Assembly (NCBI GenBank): GCA_019429255.1
Contig: JAHYIY010000012.1
Location: 2,505 to 66,504 of the forward strand
From: Desulfuromonadales bacterium
Lineage (GTDB): Bacteria > Desulfobacterota > Desulfuromonadia > Desulfuromonadales > Geopsychrobacteraceae
DNA: 64,000 bases
Direction: 5' to 3'
Made by a program: the position numbers and the translations under genes. Below the pieces are notes generated by a model. The model saw only the letters and a list, made by a program, of their open reading frames with translations. It was not told where the DNA came from and did not search any database. The first letter of the stretch is position 1, and each line of letters begins with the position of its first letter. Positions 38,004-48,326 of this stretch are shown piece after piece.

Positions 38004-38122
38004 TGCAGGGATTAACGACGAGATTCGCAAGGTTTTGCTTGGCTCCGTTAGTCCAATGATGGCAGAATACCTCTTTTGTTTGCGTACCCACTAACCTTAA
38101 TCTCCAAGTACAGGTTTGCTTT

Positions 38123-39835
38123 ATGACGCTGCTTTATCGTATCGCTTTATTGATGTTTTTGGTGCCGGCGTTAGCTCTGGCTCAGTTGCCAGATCAGCTG
38201 CTGGAGGATTTTGCCCCGGCCGACGGAATTGTGCTGATGGCCATAGGTGACTCCTGGCTGGTGGATCTGGATATCAATCAGAATTTGCGCCCGGGAGATA
38301 TCCTTTCGGTCATGTCTCCCGGTGAAACCATCGTTCATCCGCAAACCCGTGATATTGTCGGTCGCATCGATCACGTCGTCGGCTTTCTGGTGGTTTCCCG
38401 TGTCATGTCCGGTTATTCCTATGCGGATCTGCTGACCAAGGAGTTAAGTCTGCAGGCGGGGGATCAGGTACGGCGTTTCGAACGAATCCCGGCCTATATT
38501 GATGGCGCTGTTCCGGAAAACCTGGCGCAGGAACTTAAACGCAGTCTGAGTCATCTTGAGTGGGTTGCCACACCTCCTGACACCGCGGACCCGGGACTGT
38601 CCTTTCAGTTGCAGAACGAGCGTCTGAATGTTACCGGACGGGCCGGTGCGGTTGTCGGCAGTTACCGTTACAGCACGGGGCAAGAGTTGGCACCGATGAC
38701 ACCTGCCATTCGTCAAACCGAGCCGGTTGCTCCTGTTGGTCCCGAGCGCAGTGCGCTGAATCGCGGTGTTGATTCCCTGCTTGGCACTGTTGGCTTGTCG
38801 CGTGGCGATACCCGTCTGGAAGCACCGGGGATTGCTCGTCAACAGCAGTCCGATGGCGTCTGGATCAGCCCGCCGCTGGGTGAGAATCCAGTTGGGTTGG
38901 CCGTTGGTGACCTGACCGCTGATGGGCGTAGCGAGATTGCCATTGCCCTGGAAAATGAACTGCGCATCATGCGGATGAAGGATGGCCAGTTTAGCGCTGT
39001 CGGCGTCGTCAGTTTTCCGGCTGGTACGCGACTGCTGGCGATTGATGCTCACGATCTTAACAAGGATGGTCGTGCCGAACTCTATATCACTGCCGTCATT
39101 GACAATGATCTGCGCAGCCAGGTGGTGGAATATCGTAATGAGCGCTTCGAGCGGGTTATCACCATGGTCAACTGGTTCATGCGGGTGGTCGATCTGCCGG
39201 GTGAAGGACCAGTCCTCCTTGGTCAGCGCCTGAGCCGTAGTGATGAGCCATTTTTGCCGCCGGTATTCCGCATAGAGCGTACCGGCGACCGTCTGTCGCG
39301 CGGTGCTGATCTGGATTTGCCGGCGCGGATTAATCTGTTCAGCATGCTGCCGATTACCGCCGGCAATGGTGAAACCCTCTATGCTTCATTATCGGCCGAT
39401 GATCGTTTGCAACTGGTCAACAGCAGCAATGACCGCCTGTGGCGTTCCAGCGATTACGTTGGCGGTTCGGATATCAGTTTTTATAACCGCCCGGAATCTG
39501 AGGCGACAATGCGTGTGCCGGTCGCCATGCAGAAGCGTCTGGTGCGTCTGGCTTCGGGTGAGATTTTGACCATCCAGAATCAGGGGTCACGTTTGCTGCA
39601 AGGGTTGCGCACCTTTAGCGATGGACAACTGGTCGCCTATGAGTGGGATGGTAGCAGTTTACAGCTTATTGAGCGCTGGCGCACCCCGCGGCAAAAAGGA
39701 TATATCGCTGACTTTATCGTTGCCGACATTGATGACAATAGTGAACTGGAACTGATTGTCGCCATGCGTTTCCAGGAAAAAAACATCCTGCAGCGTGGTC
39801 ATTCCGCCCTGATGGTGTTTAAACTACAACAGTAA
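38123..39835 (+). CDS. Secreted FG-GAP/VCBS-repeat protein
   Basis: Signal peptide, plus GDLTADGRSEIAI, DLNKDGRAELYI and ADIDDNSELELIV repeat motifs. Confidence 0.6.
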   Translation: MTLLYRIALLMFLVPALALAQLPDQLLEDFAPADGIVLMAIGDSWLVDLDINQNLRPGDILSVMSPGETIVHPQTRDIVGRIDHVVGFLVVSRVMSGYSYADLLTKELSLQAGDQVRRFERIPAYIDGAVPENLAQELKRSLSHLEWVATPPDTADPGLSFQLQNERLNVTGRAGAVVGSYRYSTGQELAPMTPAIRQTEPVAPVGPERSALNRGVDSLLGTVGLSRGDTRLEAPGIARQQQSDGVWISPPLGENPVGLAVGDLTADGRSEIAIALENELRIMRMKDGQFSAVGVVSFPAGTRLLAIDAHDLNKDGRAELYITAVIDNDLRSQVVEYRNERFERVITMVNWFMRVVDLPGEGPVLLGQRLSRSDEPFLPPVFRIERTGDRLSRGADLDLPARINLFSMLPITAGNGETLYASLSADDRLQLVNSSNDRLWRSSDYVGGSDISFYNRPESEATMRVPVAMQKRLVRLASGEILTIQNQGSRLLQGLRTFSDGQLVAYEWDGSSLQLIERWRTPRQKGYIADFIVADIDDNSELELIVAMRFQEKNILQRGHSALMVFKLQQ

Positions 39836-39922
39836 CATCTATTAGTTACGGCTGGATTGATTTTGCTGGATTGATCCAGCCGTATCTCTTTTTGCTTTGC
39901 TATGGTGACCGCGACACTCCCC

Positions 39923-41707
39923 ATGAATATTCTCTCCCTCCATCAGGTCAGTCTGGCCTTCGGTGGTCCTAAACTTCTCGATAGCGTCAATTTGCAGATT
40001 GAGGCCGGTGATCGTATCTGTCTGCTTGGGCGTAACGGTGCCGGCAAATCGTCGTTGATGCGCCTGCTCAACGGCGACATTCCGGCTGACGCAGGCGAGA
40101 TCCAGCGCCGCCAGGGGGTGCATACCGCCTACGTTCCCCAGGACTTTCCCAGCCGGTGGCCGGGGACGGTGCGTGACTATCTGCTGCAATCTGGTCAGGC
40201 GCAAGGGATTGACGAGCTGACCCTGCAGGTGCGGATTGATCAACTCGCCGGACGTTTGGAATTGATGTTGGATGAACCGCCAACCGATCTTTCCGGTGGT
40301 CAGCAACGTCGTACCTTGCTGGCGGCAGCACTGATTCTCGAACCCGACCTGATCCTGCTCGATGAACCGACCAACCATCTTGATGTCGAGGCGATTATCA
40401 AACTCGAAGAGATGCTGCTGCGGCTCGGGAAGACACTGGTTTTTGTCAGTCACGACCGCGCTTTTGCCCGCCGTCTGGCAACACGGATTGTTGAACTTGA
40501 TCGTGGCCGCTTGCATGACTATCGCTGCGACTACGACACCTTTCTGGAGCGCCGCCAGGATGTTCTGCATGCCGAAGAAAGGGCCTGGGAGCGTTTTGAT
40601 CAGAAGCTGGCTGAAGAGGAGGTATGGATCCGCAAGGGGATCAAGGCACGCCGTACCCGTAATATGGGACGGGTGCGCGATTTGCTGAAATTACGCGAGG
40701 AGCGGCGCCAACGGCGTGAGCGTATCGGCAAGGTACGCCTGAATATCGATGAAGCACAGCGCAGCGGGCGCCTGGTAGTAGAAACGCAGGGCTTGAGTTT
40801 TGCCTTTGACGACAGTCCGGCGTTGATTAAGAATCTTGATTTGCGCATCATGCGCGGTGATCGCATCGGTCTGCTCGGGCCTAATGGCTGTGGTAAAACC
40901 ACCCTACTCAAGCTGCTGACCGGCGAATTACAGCCGACGACCGGTACCCTGCGCCTGGGAACCAATCTGGAAATCGCCTATTTTGATCAATTGCGTGACC
41001 AGCTCGATGGCGATCGCAGTGTCAAGCAGAACCTCGCTGATGATCACGATCAGGTCATCATCAATGGCCAGCCGCGCCATATTTATGGTTACCTGCAGGA
41101 TTTTCTTTTTACCCCTGAGCGGGCGCGCACGCCGGTTCGGGTCCTGTCCGGTGGGGAAAAAAATCGCTTGCTGTTAGCCAAGCTGTTCACCCGTCCGGCG
41201 AATCTGCTCATTCTCGATGAACCGACCAACGATCTTGATATGGAAACCCTCGAGTTGCTTGAGGAATTACTCCTTGATTATCAGGGGACGGTGCTGTTGG
41301 TCAGCCACGACCGCAGCTTTATCAACAACCTGGTGACCAGCTCCCTGGTGTTTAGCGGCAACGGCAGGGTTGAGGAGGTCATCGGTGGTTATGATGACTG
41401 GCTGGCGCAGCAACCGGTGCTGGCCCCTGGTACAGAAAAAAAAGCGAAAGCGGCTGCCCCGGTGCGCAAAGAGCGACAGCGCAAACTGACGTTCAAAGAG
41501 AAAAAAGAACTGGAAGAATTGCCCCTGACCATCGAGACCCTCGAAGCCGAACAGGCAGAGTTGCATCAGCGCATGGCCGACCCGACACTGTACCAGCAGG
41601 GGGGCAGCGCGGCGGTTACCGCGACGAACCAGCGGCTGGCTGAGTTGGAAGCAACGCTGGAGAAAGCCTACGGGCGCTGGCAGGAGTTGGAGCAGATCCC
41701 GGAGTAA
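39923..41707 (+). CDS. uup: ABC-F family ATPase (Uup-like)
   Basis: Two ABC cassettes (GRNGAGKSS / GPNGCGKTT, LSGGQ / LSGGE) and a C-terminal coiled-coil DNA-binding-type tail. Confidence 0.9.
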   Translation: MNILSLHQVSLAFGGPKLLDSVNLQIEAGDRICLLGRNGAGKSSLMRLLNGDIPADAGEIQRRQGVHTAYVPQDFPSRWPGTVRDYLLQSGQAQGIDELTLQVRIDQLAGRLELMLDEPPTDLSGGQQRRTLLAAALILEPDLILLDEPTNHLDVEAIIKLEEMLLRLGKTLVFVSHDRAFARRLATRIVELDRGRLHDYRCDYDTFLERRQDVLHAEERAWERFDQKLAEEEVWIRKGIKARRTRNMGRVRDLLKLREERRQRRERIGKVRLNIDEAQRSGRLVVETQGLSFAFDDSPALIKNLDLRIMRGDRIGLLGPNGCGKTTLLKLLTGELQPTTGTLRLGTNLEIAYFDQLRDQLDGDRSVKQNLADDHDQVIINGQPRHIYGYLQDFLFTPERARTPVRVLSGGEKNRLLLAKLFTRPANLLILDEPTNDLDMETLELLEELLLDYQGTVLLVSHDRSFINNLVTSSLVFSGNGRVEEVIGGYDDWLAQQPVLAPGTEKKAKAAAPVRKERQRKLTFKEKKELEELPLTIETLEAEQAELHQRMADPTLYQQGGSAAVTATNQRLAELEATLEKAYGRWQELEQIPE

Positions 41708-41772
41708 ACCTTTAATGCAGAGGTGCAGGTGAGTTTGATAGCTGATTTGAACATATTGTTGCCAATCTTTTT

Positions 41773-41890
41773 GCCACCAAGGCACCAAGAACACCAAGGG
41801 GATCTGAAGACCTGAGAACATAGCGTCGGATTTTTAACTTTCAGCAATTCAGCCCTAAGGTTTTCTTGGAGAACTTGGAGCCTTGGTGGC
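41773..41890. repeat. Family-B palindromic repeat (B1)
   Basis: gccaccaaggcaccaagaacaccaagg ... ttcttggagaacttggagccttggtggc (imperfect inverted arms). Confidence 0.6.
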
Positions 41891-41897
41891 TAAATTT

Positions 41898-43154
41898 TTA
41901 AGGTAGCGCTTCAGCGAGCAGGTCGAGGATATGCAGGGCGCGTTGGTTGCCGCCTGAGTGATTGATGCTGTCCTGCAGTTGCATGATGCAGCCGGGGCAG
42001 TCGGTGGCTACCAGCGTGGCACCGGTTTCCTCGATCAGGGCCGCTTTTTTGGCACCAATCTTTTTGCTGGTATCATAGTGATAGACCGAGTAGGTTCCCC
42101 CCAGCCCGCAACAGCTCCCCGCCCCTGGCAATTCGACAAAATCGACCTGGGGCAGGGCTTTGAGGATCGCCCGCGGTTCCTTGGTGATACCGTGATTACG
42201 CAGGTGACAGGGATCGTGGTAGGTGACCTTGATGCGCTTTTCCGCCTTGGGCAGTTGCGCCAGTTTTTCCGGCAACCCCTGCTCGACCAGATAGACGAAG
42301 ATGTCCTTGATTTTTTTCTGATACTCCCCTTCACCGCCAATCATCCCCGGATAAATCTGCCTCAAGCCCGAATGGCAGGAGGCACAGGCGGTAACGATGG
42401 TATCGTAGCGGTGTTTGCTGAACATCTCCAGGTTGATGGAAGCCAACCTTTCCACCGTGTCAGTGGCACCGGCTGATACCGCCGGCAGACCACAGCAGGC
42501 CTGCTCCTGGGGAATCAGAATGGTTACCCCGAGAAACTTCAGCGCCTTGATCAAGGCTTCGCCGCTTTCCGGATACATGTAATTGATGCCGCAACCGGTA
42601 AAAAACAGGACGGTCGGGGCGCCCTCTTTACCGGGGATCACTTCGGGAAAGCGTTCACGTAAGGGTTTAGCGGTGACCGGCGGCAAGGTCCGGTCGGCAC
42701 TGATGAAAGGGGCAGGAAAGCGCAGGTGTAGCCCGCTACTCTCAGGGATTTTTTTGAATAACAGGCGCGACAGTTTGCCACCGCTTTTGGCCAGCAGATT
42801 CATCAGTTTCGGGTGTTTAAGCACCGTTGCTACACCGAAACCAAAGCTGGACAATCCCTTGCGTCGGGCGATCTCGCGCCGCGTGGCGGCGACAATCTCT
42901 TCGGTCTGGACTTTGTTGGGGCACTGGGAGTAGCAACTGCCGCACAGCAGGCATTGGGACATATCGACAAGGAACTGCTCCTCCAGATCAACCTCGCCGT
43001 CGAGCAAGGCATCCGCCAACGCGATCTTCCCCCGCGCCACTCGCCCTTCATGGCGTTCAGCACCAAAGGCCGGGCAATGGGCACGACAGCCACCGCATTT
43101 AACGCAATGTTTGATCTCGTCACGATAATCTTCAAGGGTTTTAAGTTTGGCCAT
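41898..43154 (-). CDS. (Fe-S)-binding CCG-domain oxidoreductase (GlcF / LutA-like partner subunit)
   Basis: CVKCGGCRAHCP and CLLCGSCYSQCP ferredoxin motifs plus two CCG-type Cys motifs. The likely start is MAKLKTLEDY at 43154. Confidence 0.85.
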   Translation of the reverse strand: MAKLKTLEDYRDEIKHCVKCGGCRAHCPAFGAERHEGRVARGKIALADALLDGEVDLEEQFLVDMSQCLLCGSCYSQCPNKVQTEEIVAATRREIARRKGLSSFGFGVATVLKHPKLMNLLAKSGGKLSRLLFKKIPESSGLHLRFPAPFISADRTLPPVTAKPLRERFPEVIPGKEGAPTVLFFTGCGINYMYPESGEALIKALKFLGVTILIPQEQACCGLPAVSAGATDTVERLASINLEMFSKHRYDTIVTACASCHSGLRQIYPGMIGGEGEYQKKIKDIFVYLVEQGLPEKLAQLPKAEKRIKVTYHDPCHLRNHGITKEPRAILKALPQVDFVELPGAGSCCGLGGTYSVYHYDTSKKIGAKKAALIEETGATLVATDCPGCIMQLQDSINHSGGNQRALHILDLLAEALP

Positions 43155-43168
43155 TAGCTTAAATTTCT

Positions 43169-43242
43169 GCCACCAAGGCTCCAGGCTCACCAATAAAATC
43201 AAAAAACTTAGCTTCTCTTGGCGTTCTTGGTGCCTTGGTGGC
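43169..43242. repeat. Family-B palindromic repeat (B2), opposite orientation to B3
   Basis: gccaccaaggctccaggctcaccaat...cttagcttctcttggcgttcttggtgccttggtggc. Confidence 0.6.
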
Positions 43243-43251
43243 TAACAGGTT

Positions 43252-44640
43252 TTAAACATCACTCGGGAAGATTTTTCCCGGGTTGAGGATGTTGTTGGGG
43301 TCGAGGGCTTTTTTGATGGTTTTCATGTAGTCGATGGCAGCCGTGCCCAGCTCCATGCCGACAAAAGGCGCCTTCATGATCCCGACGCCGTGTTCACCAC
43401 TCATGGTCCCGCCAAGCTCCAACGCCCCGGCAAAGACATCGGCGATGGCCCCATCGGCTTTTTCTTGTTCACCGGGAATCTTGCTGTCGATCATGATATT
43501 GACATGGATGTTGCCGTCGCCGGCATGACCAAAGTTGACGATAGGAATGCCGTACTTGTCAGAGATCTTGTCGATTTTGCGGATCATTTCCGGCACTTTG
43601 GAGCGTGGAACGCAGATATCCTCGTTGAACTTGTCCGGGTTGACGCGGCGCAGTGAGGCCGAGACCGAGCGACGAATCTGCCACAGGGCTTCACTTTCTT
43701 CCGGGGTTTCAGCGATCCGGGTTTCCACCACCCCTAAGGGTTTGATGATGGCGGCGATTTTCTGTGCCTGCTTGTCGAGAAACTCGCGGTCGCCGTCGAC
43801 CTCAATGATCAGCAGGGCGCGCGCTGCTTGCGGAACCTGCAGATTTGTCGCTTCGCGGACACAGTCGATGGTGCGACCGTCCATGAACTCCAGGGTGGCC
43901 GGGATGATCTTGCCGCGGATGATGTTTGACACCGCCTGGGCGGCGCCATCGATGGAGTCGAACAGCACCAGCATGGTTTTTTTGGCTTCCGGTAACGGCA
44001 GCAGTTTGATGATGATCTTGGTGATGACCGCCAGGGTGCCTTCGCTGCCGCAGATCAGTTTGGTCAGGTCGTAGCCGACCACCCCTTTCATGGTGGGACC
44101 ACCGGTGGTAATGATGTCACCGGTCGGGGTGACGATCTCAAGGCCGATGATGTAGTCCTTGGTGACACCGTACTTGACACAGCGCGGGCCGCCGGCACAC
44201 TCGGCAACGTTGCCGCCGAGGGTCGACATTTTCAGCGATGCCGGATCGGGCGGGTAGAACAGACCGACTTTTTCCACCGCTTTTTGGAAATCTTCGGTGA
44301 CTACCCCGGGTTCGACAGTGGCGACGAGGTTTTCCTCGTCGATCTCCAGGATACGATTGAGGCGGGTTAAGCCAAGGACAATGCCGTCCGATTGGGTCGG
44401 CAGGCTGCCACCGCTGAAGCCACTACCGGCGCCGCGAGGATAGATGGGGATATGGTGCCGGGTGGCCAGCGCCATGATCCGGCTGATCTCTTGCGTGGTG
44501 CCGGGGTGAACCACCGCTGCCGGCAGAAACTTGCGCTGGGTGGCATCGTAGGAGTAACAGATCAGCGAAGCCTTGTCGGTGAGGACATGCTCCTTGCCGA
44601 CAATCTGCTCAAGGCCGTTGATGATGGTTTTGTCAAGCAT
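43252..44640 (-). CDS. FAD-linked oxidase (GlcD / D-lactate dehydrogenase family)
   Basis: 462 aa. PRGAGSGFSGGSLP FAD-binding motif and C-terminal SGEHGVG...LDPNNILNPGK. Confidence 0.88.
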   Translation of the reverse strand: MLDKTIINGLEQIVGKEHVLTDKASLICYSYDATQRKFLPAAVVHPGTTQEISRIMALATRHHIPIYPRGAGSGFSGGSLPTQSDGIVLGLTRLNRILEIDEENLVATVEPGVVTEDFQKAVEKVGLFYPPDPASLKMSTLGGNVAECAGGPRCVKYGVTKDYIIGLEIVTPTGDIITTGGPTMKGVVGYDLTKLICGSEGTLAVITKIIIKLLPLPEAKKTMLVLFDSIDGAAQAVSNIIRGKIIPATLEFMDGRTIDCVREATNLQVPQAARALLIIEVDGDREFLDKQAQKIAAIIKPLGVVETRIAETPEESEALWQIRRSVSASLRRVNPDKFNEDICVPRSKVPEMIRKIDKISDKYGIPIVNFGHAGDGNIHVNIMIDSKIPGEQEKADGAIADVFAGALELGGTMSGEHGVGIMKAPFVGMELGTAAIDYMKTIKKALDPNNILNPGKIFPSDV

Positions 44641-44690
44641 AGATGGTCCTGTCCTGTTTTTTTAAAAGGGGCTTATGCAAAAGCATATCG

Positions 44691-44845
44691 CATCTGTTCA
44701 GCATCGGGCCTTTGAATCCTATGTCAAGGGCCGCGATTGTTTCCCGTTGGGTCATCCATGACCGCTTTTTGTCGCCGTCCATGGCGACAAAAAGCCTTGC
44801 CACAGGATCCAAAGGCTCTGCGCAAGGATAGCGCTGAATAGTTAC
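44691..44845 (+). mobile_element. Family-A element, near full-length copy (A5)
   Basis: atctgttcagcatc...cctatgtcaagggccgcgattgtttcccgttgggtcatccatgaccgc...gcaaggatagcgctgaatagttac. About 90% identical by eye to 34027-34173. Confidence 0.6.
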
Positions 44846-44924
44846 AGATTATCAAATAAACAACCAAAAAAGTCTACTTTGAGCGACCGAACCAACCGGT
44901 TTTCCCGCGGACCAAAGGTTTGTT

Positions 44925-46205
44925 TCAGGCTGCCGTTGGAACGATAACCGGCAGGATTGTGCCGCCGTCGGGGATAATGACCGTAGAAAAATCGCTGGGC
45001 AGGATGGGTCGCACCTGTGCCAGAGCTGTCTGCAGATCAACGGCTTTCTCCATCCCCATGGCGGCCGTTTGTTCCTTGCTGAATTCGCTGATCAGCAGGA
45101 TACGGAAGCGCCGCGCACGAGCCAGCACGGCGTGGGCAGTCTGACCGTTGATCTGATAGTTGGTACGCAATGCGGCTTCAAACTCGTCAAGATCCTGATA
45201 GCGGAACCAATCGAAAAAGGTCGGATAACCAAAGCCGTCGCGGCAGGCAGCAAGAAAAATTATCATGCCCCCTTCCTTGACCGCACGGCAGCCATAATCG
45301 AGGGCTTTTTGGGCCTGGATAAAGTTAATGTCCTTGGGTTCGCCGCCGCATGAAATAACCGCCAGATCGGCGGCAGCGGCAAGGGGCACGCTGTAGAGGG
45401 AGCGTACCAGCTCACAGCCGGCCAGATGCGCCTGTTCCAGGTCGCCGCAGAAGACGGCGACAATGTCTTTGTTTGGTCCCAGGACGGTATTAAGGAGAAA
45501 ATCGGGTTCGACCCGCTGGGCGGCCTGGAGCAGATTGCGATGGACCGGGTTGTCGTTAAGCACTCCGGTCACGGCGGAGGGATGTTTGCCCCCCACTTCC
45601 GGTGGGTTGAATACGGCAAAATGGCTGGCCATGCAGGTCTGACGGCCCGCTACGCCAGGTACCAGGCCTTTGCGGCCGCCGCCGAAGCCGGCAAAATAGT
45701 GATAGCCGATGGTGCCGGTAACAATGACCCGATCCGCCGCCATCACCCGGCGATTGATCTGTACCGGAATGCCGCCGTCGGTCATCCCCAGGTCCACCAG
45801 TTGTGTCGGGTCGTCACAATCATGATCGTAAACGGCAATGCGCCGGTAAAGGGAGCCGAGGATCCTGCGGTGCTCTGCTGCGGTTTGCCGGCGATGAATC
45901 CCCAGGGCGATAACAATGCTGATATTCGCATCGGGAATGCCACAGCGGTTGAGCTCGTCGACCAGCAATGGCAGGTATATTTCGCTGGCCGAGTAGCGAG
46001 TGATATCGGAGGTAACGATGACCACCTCCTCCCCTGGTTTGATAATGCCGGACAACGGCAGAGTACCAATCGGGTTTTTTAACGCTTCACCTACCAATTC
46101 TGTTGCGGAGCGCGGTGGTGCTAGAGGTTTCATCTGCAACAGTTGCGCGCCGGGCACATGGCAGGGGACGCTGATGGAGCCGTATTTCAGGGCAATGTCA
46201 GTCAC
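44925..46205 (-). CDS. larA: Nickel-pincer-dependent lactate racemase (LarA/DUF2088 family)
   Basis: 426 aa. ...VIVTSDITR...ALGIHR...GGGRKG motifs typical of LarA. Confidence 0.8.
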   Translation of the reverse strand: MTDIALKYGSISVPCHVPGAQLLQMKPLAPPRSATELVGEALKNPIGTLPLSGIIKPGEEVVIVTSDITRYSASEIYLPLLVDELNRCGIPDANISIVIALGIHRRQTAAEHRRILGSLYRRIAVYDHDCDDPTQLVDLGMTDGGIPVQINRRVMAADRVIVTGTIGYHYFAGFGGGRKGLVPGVAGRQTCMASHFAVFNPPEVGGKHPSAVTGVLNDNPVHRNLLQAAQRVEPDFLLNTVLGPNKDIVAVFCGDLEQAHLAGCELVRSLYSVPLAAAADLAVISCGGEPKDINFIQAQKALDYGCRAVKEGGMIIFLAACRDGFGYPTFFDWFRYQDLDEFEAALRTNYQINGQTAHAVLARARRFRILLISEFSKEQTAAMGMEKAVDLQTALAQVRPILPSDFSTVIIPDGGTILPVIVPTAA

Positions 46206-46208
46206 TAT

Positions 46209-46994
46209 TTAATAGCCTTTGATCATGCCGCCATCAACCTGGATGACATCACCGGTCATATAGGAACAGATCGGTGAAGCAAGGAAGGTGACCACTCGGG
46301 CAAACTCGTCCGGAGTGCCGTAGCGTGCCAGGGGGATCAGTTTCTGGTTGTCTTCACGCACCTGCTCGATGGAAAGACCCTGCTTGTCGGCTTTGAGTTG
46401 ATCGAGGTAAACAGTGCGATCGGTGGCTACCCGCCCCGGTGCGACGGTATGAACCAGAACATTGTCCTGCGCCAGTTCATTGGCCAGACTTTTGCCTAAG
46501 CCCAGCATGCCCATGCGAAACGCGTTGGACAGCAGCAAGCCCGGAATCGGCTGTCTGACCGACGAGGAGGTGATGTTGATGATGCGCCCGCCATGCTTTT
46601 TCAGATCAGGGAGTACCTCACGGATGGTGCGTACGTAGGCGAGCAGGGTCGATTCAAAAGCGGACTGCCAGTGATTGTCGTCGAGCTGGTCGAAGTCGCC
46701 CCCCGGCGGCCCACCGGAATTGTTGATCAGAATGTTGATCGATCCGAGCTGCTCCCGGGTTGCGGCGACGAGGTTTTTGATGTCGTCGGCGGTGGACATG
46801 TCTGATCCGCAGGCAGCTATTTTGCCGGGTGCCTGAGCGGCAATCTCACTGCGTGTCTGTTCCAGAACCGCTGTGTCGCGGCCGGTGAGCATGACGTTGC
46901 ACCCCTCAAACGCCAGTTGGGTGGCCACCGCCTTGCCCAACCCGCGGCTCGACGCCATCACCAATGCCACTTGTCCTTGTAGTTGCAGATCCAT
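46209..46994 (-). CDS. SDR-family oxidoreductase (FabG-like)
   Basis: GQVALVMASSRGLGKA (TGxxxGxG-like), NNSGG, and a YxxxK-equivalent region. Confidence 0.85.
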   Translation of the reverse strand: MDLQLQGQVALVMASSRGLGKAVATQLAFEGCNVMLTGRDTAVLEQTRSEIAAQAPGKIAACGSDMSTADDIKNLVAATREQLGSINILINNSGGPPGGDFDQLDDNHWQSAFESTLLAYVRTIREVLPDLKKHGGRIINITSSSVRQPIPGLLLSNAFRMGMLGLGKSLANELAQDNVLVHTVAPGRVATDRTVYLDQLKADKQGLSIEQVREDNQKLIPLARYGTPDEFARVVTFLASPICSYMTGDVIQVDGGMIKGY

Positions 46995-47184
46995 GGATTA
47001 TCTCCTTGTAAAAAGATTGAAAGTAACATTACTGTATCACAAGGATCTCGCACAAGAGACAAACTGCTGTTCCTGTGGACTTTTCTCCTGCATAACCGCA
47101 AGGATATAGTTGCAGTGGTATCGATGGCTATGCTAATAAGACTGATTTTGGCTACACAGAAATCAACCGCAGGAGAGAAGAACC

Positions 47185-48249
47185 ATGGATCTGCAAATTC
47201 TTCCGATTGAGCGCCCCAAGCCACGCATCAGCGATGAAAACAACCTGGTATTCGGCAAGCAGTTTACCGATCGCATGTTCGTGATGGAGTACGACAGTGG
47301 CAAAGGCTGGCACTCTGCCCGGATTCAGCCCTACGCCCCCTTCGTACTTGATCCGGCCGCCATGGTTTTTCACTATTCTCAGGAGATTTTTGAAGGGCTC
47401 AAGGCTTTTCGCCGCGCCGATGGAACCATTGCCCTGTTCCGCCCGGCTGATAACGTTGCCCGCTTTAACCGTAGTGCCCGGCGTATGTGCATGCCTGAAG
47501 TGGATGAGAAATTCTTTCTCGATGCCCTGCTCAGGTTGATTCGTCTCGAAGCCGACTGGGTGCCCCATCATGAGGGGACCAGCCTATACATCCGCCCGAC
47601 AATGATTGCCACCGAACCGATGCTTGGCGTGCGCCCGTCCAACAAGTATCTGTGCTACATCATTCTGTCGCCGGTGGGAGCCTACTACAAGGGGGGTGTT
47701 GCGCCGGTGAAGATCTGGATCTCCGATTTTTATGTGCGTGCCACCGAAGGGGGAACGGGGGAAGCTAAAACCGGCGGTAACTACGCAGCCAGTCTTTATG
47801 CCGCCAAGCAGGCAGCGGACAATGGTTACGACCAGGTGTTATGGCTTGATGCCAAAGAACGGCGCTTTGTTGAAGAGGTTGGCAGTATGAATATGCTGTT
47901 TCTCTATGATGGCAAGATTGTGACTTCCCCGCTGCGTGGCACTGTTCTTGACGGCATCACCCGTCGTTCGGCGCTGACCCTGCTTGGTGAGATGGGTTAC
48001 CAGATTGAAGAGCGCGCCCTGACGGTTGATGAAGTGATGGAAGGATCAGCTAGCGGGCGTTTGACAGAGGCTTTTGGTACCGGCACAGCGGTCGTCATTT
48101 CGCCGGTTGGCTCTTTCTGCTACAAAGGTTCCTGTGTCCAGTTGGGTGATGGCCATCCCGGCAAGCTGACGATGGAACTGTACAACAAGTTGACCGCCAT
48201 CCAGTACGGTAAGGAACCAGATCATCATCACTGGGTTACTTCTCTGTAG
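47185..48249 (+). CDS. ilvE: Branched-chain amino-acid aminotransferase
   Basis: 354 aa; YSQEIFEGLKAFR...GEAKTGGNYAAS..., fold-type IV PLP enzyme. Confidence 0.92.
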   Translation: MDLQILPIERPKPRISDENNLVFGKQFTDRMFVMEYDSGKGWHSARIQPYAPFVLDPAAMVFHYSQEIFEGLKAFRRADGTIALFRPADNVARFNRSARRMCMPEVDEKFFLDALLRLIRLEADWVPHHEGTSLYIRPTMIATEPMLGVRPSNKYLCYIILSPVGAYYKGGVAPVKIWISDFYVRATEGGTGEAKTGGNYAASLYAAKQAADNGYDQVLWLDAKERRFVEEVGSMNMLFLYDGKIVTSPLRGTVLDGITRRSALTLLGEMGYQIEERALTVDEVMEGSASGRLTEAFGTGTAVVISPVGSFCYKGSCVQLGDGHPGKLTMELYNKLTAIQYGKEPDHHHWVTSL

Positions 48250-48262
48250 TTTCTCTCTCCCT

Positions 48263-48294
48263 GGGTCAGATGCGCCGGCCGGCGCATCTGACCC
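48263..48294. terminator. Perfect 32-nt palindrome between convergent genes
   Basis: gggtcagatgcgccgg/ccggcgcatctgaccc, a 16-bp stem with no clear U tract. Confidence 0.5.
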
Positions 48295-48326
48295 CGTTGC
48301 TCAAGTTTATTGCAATCTTTTCTCCA

